The notes: generated by a model not told the origin, from the sequence alone. A DNA stretch of 64,000 bases from an uncultured Planctomycetaceae bacterium (GCA_963833985.1 CAWIAD010000002.1:1984001-2048000), one strand, 5' to 3'; shown: positions 51,025-62,040, counted from the stretch's first letter. Program-made: numbers and translations.

Positions 51025-51143
51025 CAGGACGTCCCCCGGGCACGCAGGCGACGCGTGTCCGGAAGGAAGCTGGCGGAACAGGGTTTGAGATGCGGGAGCA
51101 CGGACCGCGGACCCATCGTCCCGGGATCATCCTTGCCGATAGC

Positions 51144-52140
51144 TCAGTGCGAGGCTTCCGGCTCGGTGAAGATGCTGGCCGCCGGCAACGCCCGGCGCAT
51201 CGAGCTCAGGCCCGCGTTGCTGACCCGTGTGCCGCACAGGTTCAGCACCTGAAGCTCGCTCAGCGTCGTGAGGTGTTGCAGGCCGGCGTCGCTGACCTGA
51301 GTCTGGCTGAGGTCGAGCGCTTGCAGACGAGTGAGCGCGGAGAGGGTCTTGAGGCTGGGGTCGCCCACGCGCGTACGGGACAGGTTGAGCGACCAGAGTT
51401 TCGTCAGACCGCGCAGACGGGTGATACCCAGATCGCCGACCCGGGTCCCTTGCAGGTTGAGCTTGCGAAGGTCGGTCATTTCTTCCAGGTGCACCAGGCC
51501 CGCGTCGCCCGCCACGGTCTGCTCGATGTCGAGCAGGCGAAGTTCCTTCATGCCTTCGAGATGAGCCAGGCCGGCGTCGCTGATGCGCGTCCGCGCCAGT
51601 CCCAGCTCGCTGATCCGGGTCAGGCCCGCGATCCGTGCCAGCCCCTGGTCCGTCACCGCGGAGCCCGTCAGGTAGAGCCAGCGGAGCTCGGCCAGACCGC
51701 CCAGGTGATCAAGTCCCGCATCGCTGATCCCGGCGCCACGGAGCGAGAGCCGCTGAAGCTTGACGAAGGACCGCACCGCGGCCAGTGCACTGTCGGTCAC
51801 GCGCGGGCCGTCGAGGTAGGCCGTGACCACGGGAGCCCGTGGATCGTCGCCCGCGCGCTCGATCGTGCAGCCGATCGCGCAGGCGAAGGATTGCCATGGG
51901 AGCGTCCGGAGTTCCGGCCCGGTCCACCAAAGCGGCCGATTCGGCTCGGGCCGCCTGCTCCCGGACCGAAGCACTGTCCGGGGCACTAGGAACCGGGGTC
52001 GCGGACCCGGCGGAGCAGCCGGCCGCGGCCGCGCTCAGTGCCATCAGCAGGCGGAGCAGAGGGCGCGGGTACGCTTCAGCGAGGAAGCGGTTCGCGCCGG
52101 CGGTGCTGCGTCGACGATCGCGCTCAATCCTCGTCCGCAC
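51144..52140 (-). CDS. Leucine-rich repeat putative lipoprotein (frameshift near 51878)
   Basis: 24-aa LxxLxLxxTxVxDxGL repeats; lipobox-like AAGC in the upstream frame. Confidence 0.8.
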
Positions 52141-52978
52141 CTTTCAGGTCCACTTCTGCAAGGCCCATCTGCTTGGCGATCCTGGAAAGCTGGTCTCGAA
52201 CCTCAACCATGTCTGCCGGGCGATTGTCGGGTCTGGACTGGAGGCAGCCGATGATCAGGGTGTTGAGGTCGTTGGGGATGCGCGGGTTCAGCTTGTTCGG
52301 AAGGGTGACCTTCCGCTCATCGCCCGGCTTGGGAATGGCACCCTGCACGAAACGGCCGGTGAACATGCGATACATCGTGGCACCGAAGTTGTAGATGTCG
52401 GTCTTCTGGTCGACCGTTTTCTCGATGGCCTGTTCCGGGGCCATGAACTGCGGGGTGCCCTGGATCCGGTCCTTGTTCTGGCCGCGGATCCAGGCGGTGC
52501 CGAAGTCGATGAGCTTCACCTGGCCATTCTTCGAGAGCATGATGTTCTGCGGCTTCAGGTCGCCGTGGAAGACGCCCCGGCGGTGCATGTGCGCCAGAGC
52601 GCTGGCCACCTGGCCGAAGATGAGCACGAGCTGGCCGAGCTCCGGCGCCTCCACCTCCTCGAGGCTCTTGCCGTCCACGTACTCCATGAGCAGCTCGCAG
52701 CCGGTGACCTTGAACCAGGACTTCTTCTGGCGGAAGTCATAAACCTTGGCGATCGTCGGGTGGTTCAGCTTCTGGGCGGCCTCGTACTCGGTCTTCGCCT
52801 GCTGGACGTAGATCTCATCCTCGGGCTCCTGCTTGCGAATGATCTTCAGCGCGTAGCGTTTGCCTCCGGAGGTCTTATCGCTGATCAAGAAGATCTTGCT
52901 GCCCGCGCCTTCGCCCAGCTCGTTCACGACGCGGTATTTCATTGAGGAGAGCTTGGGCGTGCCTGGGACGTTCGCCAT
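52124..52978 (-). CDS. Hanks-type Ser/Thr protein kinase (cytoplasmic)
   Basis: LGEGAG, YALK, HGDLKPQN, DFG, GTPQFMAPE. Confidence 0.95.
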   Translation of the reverse strand: MANVPGTPKLSSMKYRVVNELGEGAGSKIFLISDKTSGGKRYALKIIRKQEPEDEIYVQQAKTEYEAAQKLNHPTIAKVYDFRQKKSWFKVTGCELLMEYVDGKSLEEVEAPELGQLVLIFGQVASALAHMHRRGVFHGDLKPQNIMLSKNGQVKLIDFGTAWIRGQNKDRIQGTPQFMAPEQAIEKTVDQKTDIYNFGATMYRMFTGRFVQGAIPKPGDERKVTLPNKLNPRIPNDLNTLIIGCLQSRPDNRPADMVEVRDQLSRIAKQMGLAEVDLKGADED

Positions 52979-53126
52979 GGAGAGCCTCGTTCGATCGATT
53001 CCTGGTTGAGCCATCACTTGCACAAACACGTCGTCGGGTTTCGCCCGGGCGATCTTCGGCCCATCATGGCCGGCTCGTGGGCCACCGGCAACGGCGTCGC
53101 TGATCCGTCCGGGCGGGTTCATTGCA

Positions 53127-53701
53127 TCAATTGAGGATCTTCACCAGCTCCACCTCGAAGATCAGGTTGGACTTCGCCGGGATCTTCTTCCGCTCCTGTT
53201 CCCCGTAAGCCAGCTTGTAGGGGATCCAGAGCTTGCGCGTCTCGCCGACCTTCATGCCGGGAAGTCCCTCCTCCCAGCCGCGGATCAACTGCCCCGTGCC
53301 GATGGCGACCTTGTACGGGTCGCTGCGGTCGCGAGTGCTGTCGAAGACTGTTCCGTCCTCGAGCTTTCCAACGTACTGGAACAGGGCCACTTGCCCGGGC
53401 TGGAGCGCATCGCCGGTGCCCTCCTTGAGCGTTTCGTACTTGACTCCGTTCTTGGTGACCTTGGTCTCTCCCCTGGCCGTGGGCAGGGCGGGCGTGAATG
53501 CCGGCTTGGCGGAGTCTCCCGTCTTGGGCACGATGGCCAGGGTTTCGCCCTGCCCTGCGCCGGGTCATTCACGTCCGGGGCCGTCCGGGGAATGACCGTT
53601 CCGGGCGGGGTCGTGGCTGTGATCTGCTCGGGGGCGTCACAGCCCAGAAGGGCCAGGACAAGCCCTAGACATCCCCGGGTTATTCTCTGCCATGAGCTCA
53701 T
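53127..53701 (-). CDS. FKBP-type peptidyl-prolyl isomerase, lipoprotein (frameshift near 53550)
   Basis: GTVFDST, LIRGWEEG, LAYG, LIFEVEL; LLGC lipobox in the upstream frame. Confidence 0.9.
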
Positions 53702-53892
53702 CACGTCTCTCCCACCTGAGCTGACGCAAACCAGAGGAATGGATGGAACGTCGGCCCGGCCCACGAAAGCGGGGACCGCCTCATCGCCGCGCGGAGGTTG
53801 CTGCCGCCAAGATGCTCCATTATGTCACGACCGGGCGGGAATCGACCAGATCTCAGCTCTCGGCTCCGAGGTTTTGACGCATGTCCGGGCTG

Positions 53893-54637
53893 TCAGTGAC
53901 CGGCGCCCGCGCACGGCAGTGGTCCGCCGTCCGGATCGGCCAGGACGACGCGGCTGACGGTGATCTGGCCGCCAAAGCAAGCCGCGACGTCCAGCCCCGC
54001 GCGCCTGGCGCGCTGCTGGTAGTTGCCCGTGTACGTGGCCGCGCCCGGCTCGAGAAGGTAGTCCAGCGGCAGCGGGGAAGGGTCCACGGGGCAGAAGACG
54101 ATCTCGGGTTCCGCGGCGCCGGCAGCCGGATGGGGAAGATTGACGTTCCAGAACGTGCCCGGCTGCCACGGCAGGGCCATCACCTGCCGAAGCACGCGGC
54201 CCGCCCGGATCGCCGCCTGGTCCCAGTCGATCACTCGCCCGCGGGCGATGTAGTGCGAGAGGGCGATGGACGGCACGCCGCGGATCGCGGCCTCGCGCGC
54301 GGCAGCCACCGTGCCCGAATGGTGGATGTCTGTCCCCAAGTTGCCCCCTGCGTTGATGCCCGAGAGCACCCAGCCCACGTCTTTTGCCAGCGCTGCGATG
54401 GCCAGCCGCACGCAATCGACGGGGGTGCCGGCGACGGCCAGTTTCTCCGCGCCGCCGTCGGTGATCCGGATCGGCGCGTGCGTCGTCACCTGGTGCCCGC
54501 ATCCCGAGAGCCCGTCGCAGGGTGCGATCACGCGGCACTTTCCCAGTCCCTGTGCTGCGCAGCAACGCCTCCAGGCCGGGCGCCAGGATCCCGTCGTCGT
54601 TGGTCAGCACGAGAACCGGCCGTTCCTGGTCCATCAT
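53893..54637 (-). CDS. surE: 5'/3'-nucleotidase SurE (frameshift near 54545)
   Basis: LTNDDG, GTPVDCV, SGINAGGNLG, SGTVAAAREA, NVNLP. Confidence 0.93.
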
Positions 54638-54984
54638 CGCTGCTCGCTGCTGTTATGTCCGGTGGTTGCGCATTGCCAGCAGAATGGATCGCCTGACGCG
54701 GATGACGGCCGTGGCCTGTTGCGGGGGCGGCGAGCCTGAAAGAACCTGGCCACTCTGTCCCGGCAGAAACCATTGACGCCGTGCCCGCGCTACGCGCACT
54801 ATCTGGCAAGCCCGCAATCCGCCTCGACATCGATCGAACAGGGAAGCCGGAGCAGGTAGCGGGTGCGGACATGACCCTTCCGGGTCCGACGGGCCGATGC
54901 CATCCGCCGAGGTCGCCGTCTCGCCCCGGCGTGCGCCCGTACGTGCAAGGCGTCATCTTCTCTCCACGACGCTCGGAAGCTGCC

Positions 54985-55542
54985 ATGGACGAACCGCCTC
55001 TCTCTCCAGGAATCTCCGGCCGGCGCAGGCGCGGAGGCGACCACGACATCCTCATGCCGGGCCCGGCGGCCGACGCCGCCCCCGCTGCCCAGGCACCCAA
55101 TGCCGAGACCGCCCGGGCTGCCGGCGAATCCGCGGCAACAACCCGCCAGGCGCGGTTCGCGCTGCCGGTCTCCGCACTCGGCCCGCTGTTCCGTCATCGC
55201 TTTGAGCAAATTTATAGATGCCGTATCGATTATCAAATTGACGTGAGCAACCGCGCCACGCTGCGCGTGCTCGGCGGCTACTACAAGTCCCGGCGGCTGG
55301 TGCGGGTGTACGCGCGCGACCGGGAACTGGGGGTGCGGCCCCTGGAGGAGCTTTTCGATACCTTCCTGCACGAGATGGCGCACCACCTCGAATACACCGA
55401 ACCCTTCTCGTTCTCCGCCCGGTCGTGCGGCCGCGTGCCCGGGCGGATGCACAGCCGCCTCTTCTGGAAGATCCTTGGCGAGCTGAAGTACCGCTGGGCG
55501 TACCAGCAAAAGCGGCGCGATGGCACCGCCGTACGGCCCTGA
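54985..55542 (+). CDS. Hypothetical zincin-like (HExxH) protein
   Basis: TFLHEMAHH followed by MHSRLFW; start uncertain. Confidence 0.6.
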   Translation: MDEPPLSPGISGRRRRGGDHDILMPGPAADAAPAAQAPNAETARAAGESAATTRQARFALPVSALGPLFRHRFEQIYRCRIDYQIDVSNRATLRVLGGYYKSRRLVRVYARDRELGVRPLEELFDTFLHEMAHHLEYTEPFSFSARSCGRVPGRMHSRLFWKILGELKYRWAYQQKRRDGTAVRP

Positions 55543-55615
55543 TTCGGAGGTGAAGCGCCGGGGCACGATGGCCACGCCCCGGCTCCACTGCGATCAGGTC
55601 AGGATGCCGCCCGTT

Positions 55616-56161
55616 TCACTTGCCGGCGATTCCCAGCTCCTTGAGCTTGGACGCGACGTCGTCAGCGGCCTTGGCGGTCACCACCTTCTTGTCGATGGCG
55701 CGGATGACGCCCTCCTTGTCAATGTAGAACGTCCAGCGCTCGGGGACGGGCCGGCCTTCGTGGACCACGCCATACGCCTTGGCCACGCTCTTGTCGGGAT
55801 CGCTCAGGATGGGGTAATCGCAGTTCAGCGATTCGGCGAACTTCTTGTTGTAGTCGGGCACATCCACGCTGGCCGTGAAGTACGCCACGTTGAGCCCCTT
55901 GAGCAAGTTGCCTCCCTGGGCGAACGACTTGCATTCGGCCGTGCAGCCGCCCGTGAACGCCTTGGGAAACCAGGCGAGCACGACGGCCGACTTGCCCTTG
56001 TACTCGGCCAGTGAGTGAACCTTGCCGTCGGATCCGGGGAGCGAGAACTCGGGGGCCGGCTCGCCCACTTTGGGCTCGTCGGCCAGCGCAGCAACGGCGC
56101 TGCCGGCGAGCAGGAGACCGGCTCCCAGCAACACCGCGGTGGCTCTGAGGTATCGGCTCAT
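55616..56161 (-). CDS. Exported peroxiredoxin (BCP/PrxQ type)
   Basis: WFPKAFTGGCTAEC, YPILSD, RWTFYID; signal peptide. Confidence 0.92.
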   Translation of the reverse strand: MSRYLRATAVLLGAGLLLAGSAVAALADEPKVGEPAPEFSLPGSDGKVHSLAEYKGKSAVVLAWFPKAFTGGCTAECKSFAQGGNLLKGLNVAYFTASVDVPDYNKKFAESLNCDYPILSDPDKSVAKAYGVVHEGRPVPERWTFYIDKEGVIRAIDKKVVTAKAADDVASKLKELGIAGK

Positions 56162-56456
56162 GGGGAACTCCTGTTGCAAGCAACCTGGGCGGGAATGGAA
56201 ATCTCGATGGCGGGCGGTACGGCGAGTCCGCATCGCATCCAGCGCGCGTTTCGCCGCAACTGCCAGGTGATGAAAGTTATCAGCCGGTTGCCGCGGGTGC
56301 AACGGTTACCGGGCCTTTTACGACCGCGGCTGGCGGTGCGCCGCTTCGTCTCCGGCATGCCTCGACCTGCCCGCGCGCGGGCCGGTACACTGGGACGATC
56401 GCCTCGCCGTCGTGGCGGGGGATCGTCAAGCAGGGTTTCGAGTACGGAGCGTGATC

Positions 56457-59270
56457 ATGTCCGCGGTGAGTCCGCCCGAGCCGCGGCCCGGCCCGGAGAC
56501 GAAACGGCCGCGGGCAGCTCGGCAGAGCGGGGCGGCATATTCCCCCGCCCGGGGAATGCGCGTCATCGATGCCTGCCTGATCACGCTCTTCCTCGGGCTC
56601 ACCTTCCTGCTGGGCATCTTTCCCCTCAAGGATGCCGACTATTACTGGCACCTGCGCACCGGCGACCTGATTCGCCAGTCCGGACAGGTCCCCCGGGTCG
56701 ATTTCTTCACCTTCACCCGCGCCGGAACTCCCTGGATCGACCTGCACTGGATCTTCCAGGTCGGCATCAGCTGGATTCGCGAGCATGGGGGGGTGCCTGC
56801 GCTCACCCTGGCGAAAGCCGTCGTCACGAGCCTGGCGGTGTTCTTGCTGATCACCGCACGGCGCCGCGCGTGGCCGGTCTGGACGATGATCCTCGCCTGG
56901 CTGCCCGCCCTGCTGGTTCTGAGCGGGCGGATGTACGTGCGGCCTGAGACGCTGAGCCTGCTCTACCTCGCGCTCTACCTGGCTGTGATTTGCCGCTGGG
57001 ACCGGTATCCCGCGCTCGCCTGGCTGTTGCCGGCGGTCCAGGTGGCGTGGGTGAACTCGCATGGCCTCTTCGTTCTGGGTCCCATCATCCTGGTTTTCGC
57101 GCTGATCGACGCGCTGCTGCGGCCGGGGGCCCTGGACGCCGAGCGCGCGGGCTGGTGGCGGATCACGGTGCCGGCCTGCGTGGCCACGGGGTTGGCCTGC
57201 CTGCTGAACCCCTACGGTTTGCGGGGGGCCCTCTATCCCCTGGAACTGGCCCGGACGATGAGTAACCCGATCTTCTCCCGGAGCATCGCCGAGCTGACGC
57301 CGATTCCGCTGTTCATCGAGAAGTCCGGCCTCGGGAACCTGCCGCTCCAGCTTCACCTGGCAGCCATGCTGCTGGGCGCGCTCAGTTTTCTGGTCCCCAT
57401 GGTATGGACGCTGGCCGTACGCTGGCGAAGGTCCGGCGGCGATACCGGCGCAGACCGCGGAGGCGCGCGGACCCCACGGAAGCGCACCAAGAAGCGGCGT
57501 CAGGCGGCGGAGCCCGCGGAGACCGAGGGGAACTGGCGGCTGAGCCCGTTCCGGCTGCTGCTGTACGGGGCCTTCAGCCTGCTCAGCCTCCAGGCCACGC
57601 GCAACAGCCACCAGTTCGCGGCGGTCGTCGGCACGGTCACGGCCTGGAACCTGGCCGAGTGGGCCGCGGCCCGGCGTGCACGCGCCGGCCGGCAGAGCGG
57701 CGAGGACGCCGGCGCCGGCGACCTCCGTCCTCGCCTGCTGACCCTTGCCGTGCTGGCGGTGATGCTGCTGTGGGTGGGGAGCGGGCAGTTCTACGCCATG
57801 ACCGGCGAGGGCCGGACGATCGGCTGGGGCGAGGAGCCGCTCTGGTTCGCCCACGATGCCGTCAGGTTCGCCGGTGCGCCGGGGATGCCCGAGCGGTTCC
57901 TCAGCTACCACAACGCCCATGCCTCGGTCTTCGAGTATTACCACAGCCCGGAACGCGAACACGGGCCGGGCCGCACGGTCTTCACCGACCCGCGGCTGGA
58001 GATCGCCGGTGCCGAGCTCTTTGACGAGTACCAGAAGCTGGGGGACCGGATCACGAAGGCCAGCCCCGGCTGGGACGACCAGCTCGACCGCATGGGCCGG
58101 CCGACGATCCTGGTGGACCACGTGGACAACGCGGGCATTGGCGCCAGCCTGCTGGCCAGCCGCCACTGGAAGTGTGTCTGGTTCGACCCGATCGTCGCCG
58201 TCTTCGTGCACGACAGTTACCCGGCCGCCAGGAGTGGCGCCGTCGATTTCGGCAGCCGTCATTTCCGGCCCGATCCGGCCACCGAGCCGCAAGGGCCCGC
58301 GGCGCTGCTGGCCTCCGCGAAGGGCCTGCGCAACTACTTGAACTTCGGGCTGGGACGTGGCGACATTTCCCGGCCCCTGGTCTGGCTGGCCGAGGACCAT
58401 GCCCGGCGGCTCGTGGAGACCGACCCGAACGCCGCGGACGGCTGGAAGACGCTGGGACAGGTGGAATTGCTGCGTGAGCCCGCGGCCGCCCCCGTGGCCC
58501 GGTTCCGTATGCCCTTCGACCCGGTGTTCGACCTGCCGCTGGTGCGCGCGGTTTATGCCTTCCGCCGCGCGGCGGAGCTCGAACCCCGAGACTTCATGAC
58601 CCTGATCGGACTGGAACAGGTCTTCGAGACCCGGCAAATGGACGAGGCGGAGCTGCCGGTGCTCGATCGTCTCCGCGAGCTGCGCCCGATCAACCGGCTG
58701 CAAAGGGCGCACCTGGTCCAGGCGGATGCGACACGGGCACAGCTCCGCGCCCGGCTTGGCCCTGCGCCGGACACATCCTGGAAGAACCTGGGCGAGCTCG
58801 ACCGGGTCGTGACGGCGCAGCTTGCCAGCGGCCGGGCCGCCACCGCCGCCGAGACCCTGGAGCGTGCGCTGCCGCCGGAGAAGATGCCCTGGGAGTTACT
58901 CGACCGGGCCGCCACGCTGCGTCTGCACCTGGGCGAGCCCGAGGCCGCGCGGCAGCTCTGGCGAGGCGCGGCTGAGGTTCCACACCCCGCCGTGCGCGAC
59001 GCCCGGCTGGCGGCCGCCTTTCTGGCCGAAGGGCAGTTCGGCGCGGCACGCGCAGCCTACGAGCGCGCGCTCGCGGCGGACCCGGCTCTCTTCGAGGCAC
59101 ACTATGGGCTGGCCGTACTGGAACAGGACGCGGGCCGGGCGGACCCGGCCTACCGTCATTCGCTGGCTGCCATCGAGTCGGCCCCCGGCGACGTCGCCCG
59201 TTCCGCCGCCCGCGCCATGGCCTCGGCCCTGCACCCGTTCGCGCAGGCCGAGGCCGTCCGGACTCAATAA
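56457..59270 (+). CDS. Multi-TM membrane protein (possibly GT-C-like) with C-terminal TPR repeats
   Basis: DADYYWHLRTG, RPETLSL, WVNSHG, LLNPYG; C-terminal TPR-like helices. Confidence 0.75.
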   Translation: MSAVSPPEPRPGPETKRPRAARQSGAAYSPARGMRVIDACLITLFLGLTFLLGIFPLKDADYYWHLRTGDLIRQSGQVPRVDFFTFTRAGTPWIDLHWIFQVGISWIREHGGVPALTLAKAVVTSLAVFLLITARRRAWPVWTMILAWLPALLVLSGRMYVRPETLSLLYLALYLAVICRWDRYPALAWLLPAVQVAWVNSHGLFVLGPIILVFALIDALLRPGALDAERAGWWRITVPACVATGLACLLNPYGLRGALYPLELARTMSNPIFSRSIAELTPIPLFIEKSGLGNLPLQLHLAAMLLGALSFLVPMVWTLAVRWRRSGGDTGADRGGARTPRKRTKKRRQAAEPAETEGNWRLSPFRLLLYGAFSLLSLQATRNSHQFAAVVGTVTAWNLAEWAAARRARAGRQSGEDAGAGDLRPRLLTLAVLAVMLLWVGSGQFYAMTGEGRTIGWGEEPLWFAHDAVRFAGAPGMPERFLSYHNAHASVFEYYHSPEREHGPGRTVFTDPRLEIAGAELFDEYQKLGDRITKASPGWDDQLDRMGRPTILVDHVDNAGIGASLLASRHWKCVWFDPIVAVFVHDSYPAARSGAVDFGSRHFRPDPATEPQGPAALLASAKGLRNYLNFGLGRGDISRPLVWLAEDHARRLVETDPNAADGWKTLGQVELLREPAAAPVARFRMPFDPVFDLPLVRAVYAFRRAAELEPRDFMTLIGLEQVFETRQMDEAELPVLDRLRELRPINRLQRAHLVQADATRAQLRARLGPAPDTSWKNLGELDRVVTAQLASGRAATAAETLERALPPEKMPWELLDRAATLRLHLGEPEAARQLWRGAAEVPHPAVRDARLAAAFLAEGQFGAARAAYERALAADPALFEAHYGLAVLEQDAGRADPAYRHSLAAIESAPGDVARSAARAMASALHPFAQAEAVRTQ

Positions 59271-59303
59271 ACCGGATCGGCCGGGCACGGGACGCGCACG
59301 GGT

Positions 59304-59720
59304 TCAGACGCCGGCGCCGGCCTTCTGCTTCACGGGCTTGGTGCGCGCGGTCTTCCAGTCGTCGTACAGCGCCTTCAGCTCCTCGACGGTGACGCCGCCA
59401 TGGTCCTCGCCCGAGTGCCAGCGGCCCATGAGCACCGTGAGGCGGTCGCGGAGCGGCCCGCGGGGCAGGAACTTGCCGTGGAACTTCTTCAGGACCTTGA
59501 GCCGCGGATCCGCCGGCGGCCTCGGCGGCGCCTTGGGCTTCTCCTCCTTGGGAGCGGCCTCGGCGCCTTCCTTCTCCTTCTTGGCCTTGGCTTTGTCCTT
59601 GTCCTTGTCTTTGTCCTTCGGCTTGGCCTCGCCCTTGTGCTGCTTGCCGTCGCCCTGCGGATGGGCCTTGGCCTTGGCTTTGTCCTTGTCTTTCGCCTTG
59701 TCGCCGTCTTTACTGGCCAT
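59304..59720 (-). CDS. Small Lys/Asp/Ala-rich hypothetical protein
   Basis: (KD)n/(KA)n low-complexity N-terminus, ordered C-terminus, high-GC codon usage. Confidence 0.7.
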   Translation of the reverse strand: MASKDGDKAKDKDKAKAKAHPQGDGKQHKGEAKPKDKDKDKDKAKAKKEKEGAEAAPKEEKPKAPPRPPADPRLKVLKKFHGKFLPRGPLRDRLTVLMGRWHSGEDHGGVTVEELKALYDDWKTARTKPVKQKAGAGV

Positions 59721-59987
59721 CAATTCGTTCCTGATTGCTGCCCGATGCGTGCTCCGCGGAGCAAACCGTCGGACGTCTCGATCCGCGTGTCTGTGACGGA
59801 GCGCTTCCGATAGCGCGACGTCGTCTCTGCCGGCGGGTTCCGTCGAACGCTCTCCGGCAAAATCCAAGCTTCTTAACTTACTCGAACCCGGCCCGGCCTG
59901 ACAAGCGCCCCAAACGCGGGCCCGCGGTTCGCCCGGGTTCCGCGGCTCAATGTAACGAACTCCGGTTTTCTCCGGTATGGTGAACAG

Positions 59988-60122
59988 TCAGAGGCCGGCC
60001 CTTGTGGCAAGGCATGCGGAAACAAGAATGGGAGCGTAGCACCAAACGTGCTGCCGGCGTGCCTCACCCCGTTGCTCTCCGAACCCTATCAGGTGGTACG
60101 GGGTTCCCATCTTGGCCTCTCA
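59988..60122 (+). ncRNA. Putative structured non-coding RNA (family not recognised)
   Basis: Nested complementary segments (AGAGGCC/GGCCTCT, ATGGGAGC/GTTCCCAT, ACCCCGT/ACGGGGT, GTAGCAC/GTGCTGC) in an 800-bp intergenic gap. Confidence 0.3.
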
Positions 60123-60534
60123 GTCGTGGCAAAACATTCCGAGCTCGTCACGAAAACTGAGACTGATCAGTAGATTTGAAGAGGCAGGAATGAAATCTTG
60201 TCCCACGCGAGACGCTTGAGGGTCAATGGCTGAGGCTCGCCGGCGGCACGCCGGTTCCAGCGGTCTCATCCCTTTATTCCGCATACCTGGCCACGACCAT
60301 CGGCCGCTGATTGTTCACTCTGTGCAACAGACTCTACCATTGTGGGACAGCCTCTGAGCTTGCCGGCAGCGGGCCCTGCGAGGACCCGTGCTCCGGATGC
60401 TGCCTTCGTTGCTGAGGACTACCCTGGGCGCCGTCGCACCGCGTGACGCGGAAGCCGGCTCGCTCTTCCTCTCGGTTTGCACCGTCTCGCGCAGGAAGCT
60501 GAGCACCACCGCATGGAAGAAGGCCTTCATGAGA

Positions 60535-60923
60535 ATGACACACACACACACGCTCGATTGTGGCGTGCCCCGCCGGATTGCCGGGTGTCAATTGGTAAGC
60601 GCAGGCCGCTGGTAAGCGCGCAGGCCGCCCCGGATTGGTGGAGTGCCGAGAATCAGGCTCGCCATGAAATGGGCCTGGATCAGTTCGTCGATGTTGACGA
60701 AGTTCGCCAGATCGCGGCCGAATCATACGTACCGGTCGGCCGGGTCGATCACGGGCGGGTTCCGCGGGTCGGCACAATCCTGAACGTCCAGGAAGTCGGC
60801 CTCGTCGGTGAGGAAATCGGGCCGGTGCAACGCACCCTGCGCCATGGCGCAGGCGCATGCGGCGCACGCGGATCGCCCGTCGAGCCCTTGCAAATCAGGG
60901 AGAGCGCCGTGATCATCAAGTAA
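60535..60923 (+). CDS. Small hypothetical protein, 5' part uncertain
   Basis: Coding-like codon usage from about 60630 to TAA 60923; start ambiguous near an (AC)n tract. Confidence 0.4.
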
Positions 60924-60971
60924 ACCCCAGCACCGGGGCGAGGCCGGTAGGGGCGCGGGGGATCGAGCCTG

Positions 60972-61868
60972 ATGCACTGGAAAGACAGGGTTTACGGAGA
61001 GGTCTCGATCACCGACCCGGCGCTTCTTGAGCTCGTAGCCACTCCCACGTTCCAGCGGCTGCACGGAGTCCGGCAGGCGGGTCCCTCCGCGATCGCCTTC
61101 TCGTTCAAGGACGTGACTCGCTTCGAGCACAGTCTGGGCGTGCATCTCATGCTCGGCCGCCTCGGGGCGGATTTCAAGCAGCAGGTCGCCGGGCTGTTGC
61201 ACGATATTTCGCACACGGCCTTCTCGCACGCGGTCGATTTCCTGGTGACGTCCGACGAGCAGGACCATCACGAGCGATTGAAGCCGCAGATGCTCGACCG
61301 TCCCGATATCGTCCGCGGCCTTGCGAACATGGGATACCATCCCGAGGACTTTTATGACGATACCGTTTATCCTCTGCTCGAGCGCTCCCTGCCGAACCTC
61401 TGTGCCGACCGGCTCGACTACTTCCTGCGCGACGGGCTGGCCTGCCGGGTGATCGCGCCCGTCGAGGTTCGGTGTATCCTTGAGGACCTGGTCGTCATCG
61501 ACTCGACGATCGGCTTCACCGAGCTGGGCGTAGCACGGCGAGCCGCCGCGCTCTTCGGAGTAATGAACCGCGACTGGTGGGCCAGCCGCACCGAGGCATT
61601 CATTTACAACGAATTCGCCGATGCCCTGCGCGAGGGCTTCCGGCTGGGGGTGCTGAACGATGGCGACCTGCTCACCGAGGACGCCCTGGTGCTGGCCAAG
61701 CTCGACGCGGCGCACAGCCCGCTCATCACCGCGAAGCTGGCGGCGATCCGCCAATTCCACCCCGGACTGCTCGCAGGATACACCCCTCGCGTGATCCCCA
61801 AGGAGCGCTGGCTTGATCCGCCCGTGAAGTGCGGGCAAGGATTCCGGCGGATGTCCGAGTTTCGCTGA
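60972..61868 (+). CDS. HD-domain phosphohydrolase (dNTP triphosphohydrolase-like)
   Basis: FQRLHGVRQ, TRFEHSLGV, LLHDISHTAFSH, ADRLDY. Confidence 0.9.
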   Translation: MHWKDRVYGEVSITDPALLELVATPTFQRLHGVRQAGPSAIAFSFKDVTRFEHSLGVHLMLGRLGADFKQQVAGLLHDISHTAFSHAVDFLVTSDEQDHHERLKPQMLDRPDIVRGLANMGYHPEDFYDDTVYPLLERSLPNLCADRLDYFLRDGLACRVIAPVEVRCILEDLVVIDSTIGFTELGVARRAAALFGVMNRDWWASRTEAFIYNEFADALREGFRLGVLNDGDLLTEDALVLAKLDAAHSPLITAKLAAIRQFHPGLLAGYTPRVIPKERWLDPPVKCGQGFRRMSEFR

Positions 61869-62040
61869 AGAGAGCGGGTCTCCCTCGTCCAGGGACTGAG
61901 CTGAGGTCGGTGAAGCAGGCAGCAACTGGAATCGAAGTGTGGAACGGCCCCGGAACGTCATGGCGATTCATTGCGGCCGCGAGCCGGGGCTTGCTAGACT
62001 GAATCTCGAAATCGAGTCAACTACCTCTCCGGTTTGACCC

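Noticed and set aside
55930..55960. Selenocysteine in the peroxiredoxin active site
   Set aside because: The peroxidatic codon is TGC (Cys); there is no in-frame TGA.
56280..58712. Long antisense ORFs (this 810-aa one and many others)
   Set aside because: Shadow frames of real high-GC genes on the opposite strand.
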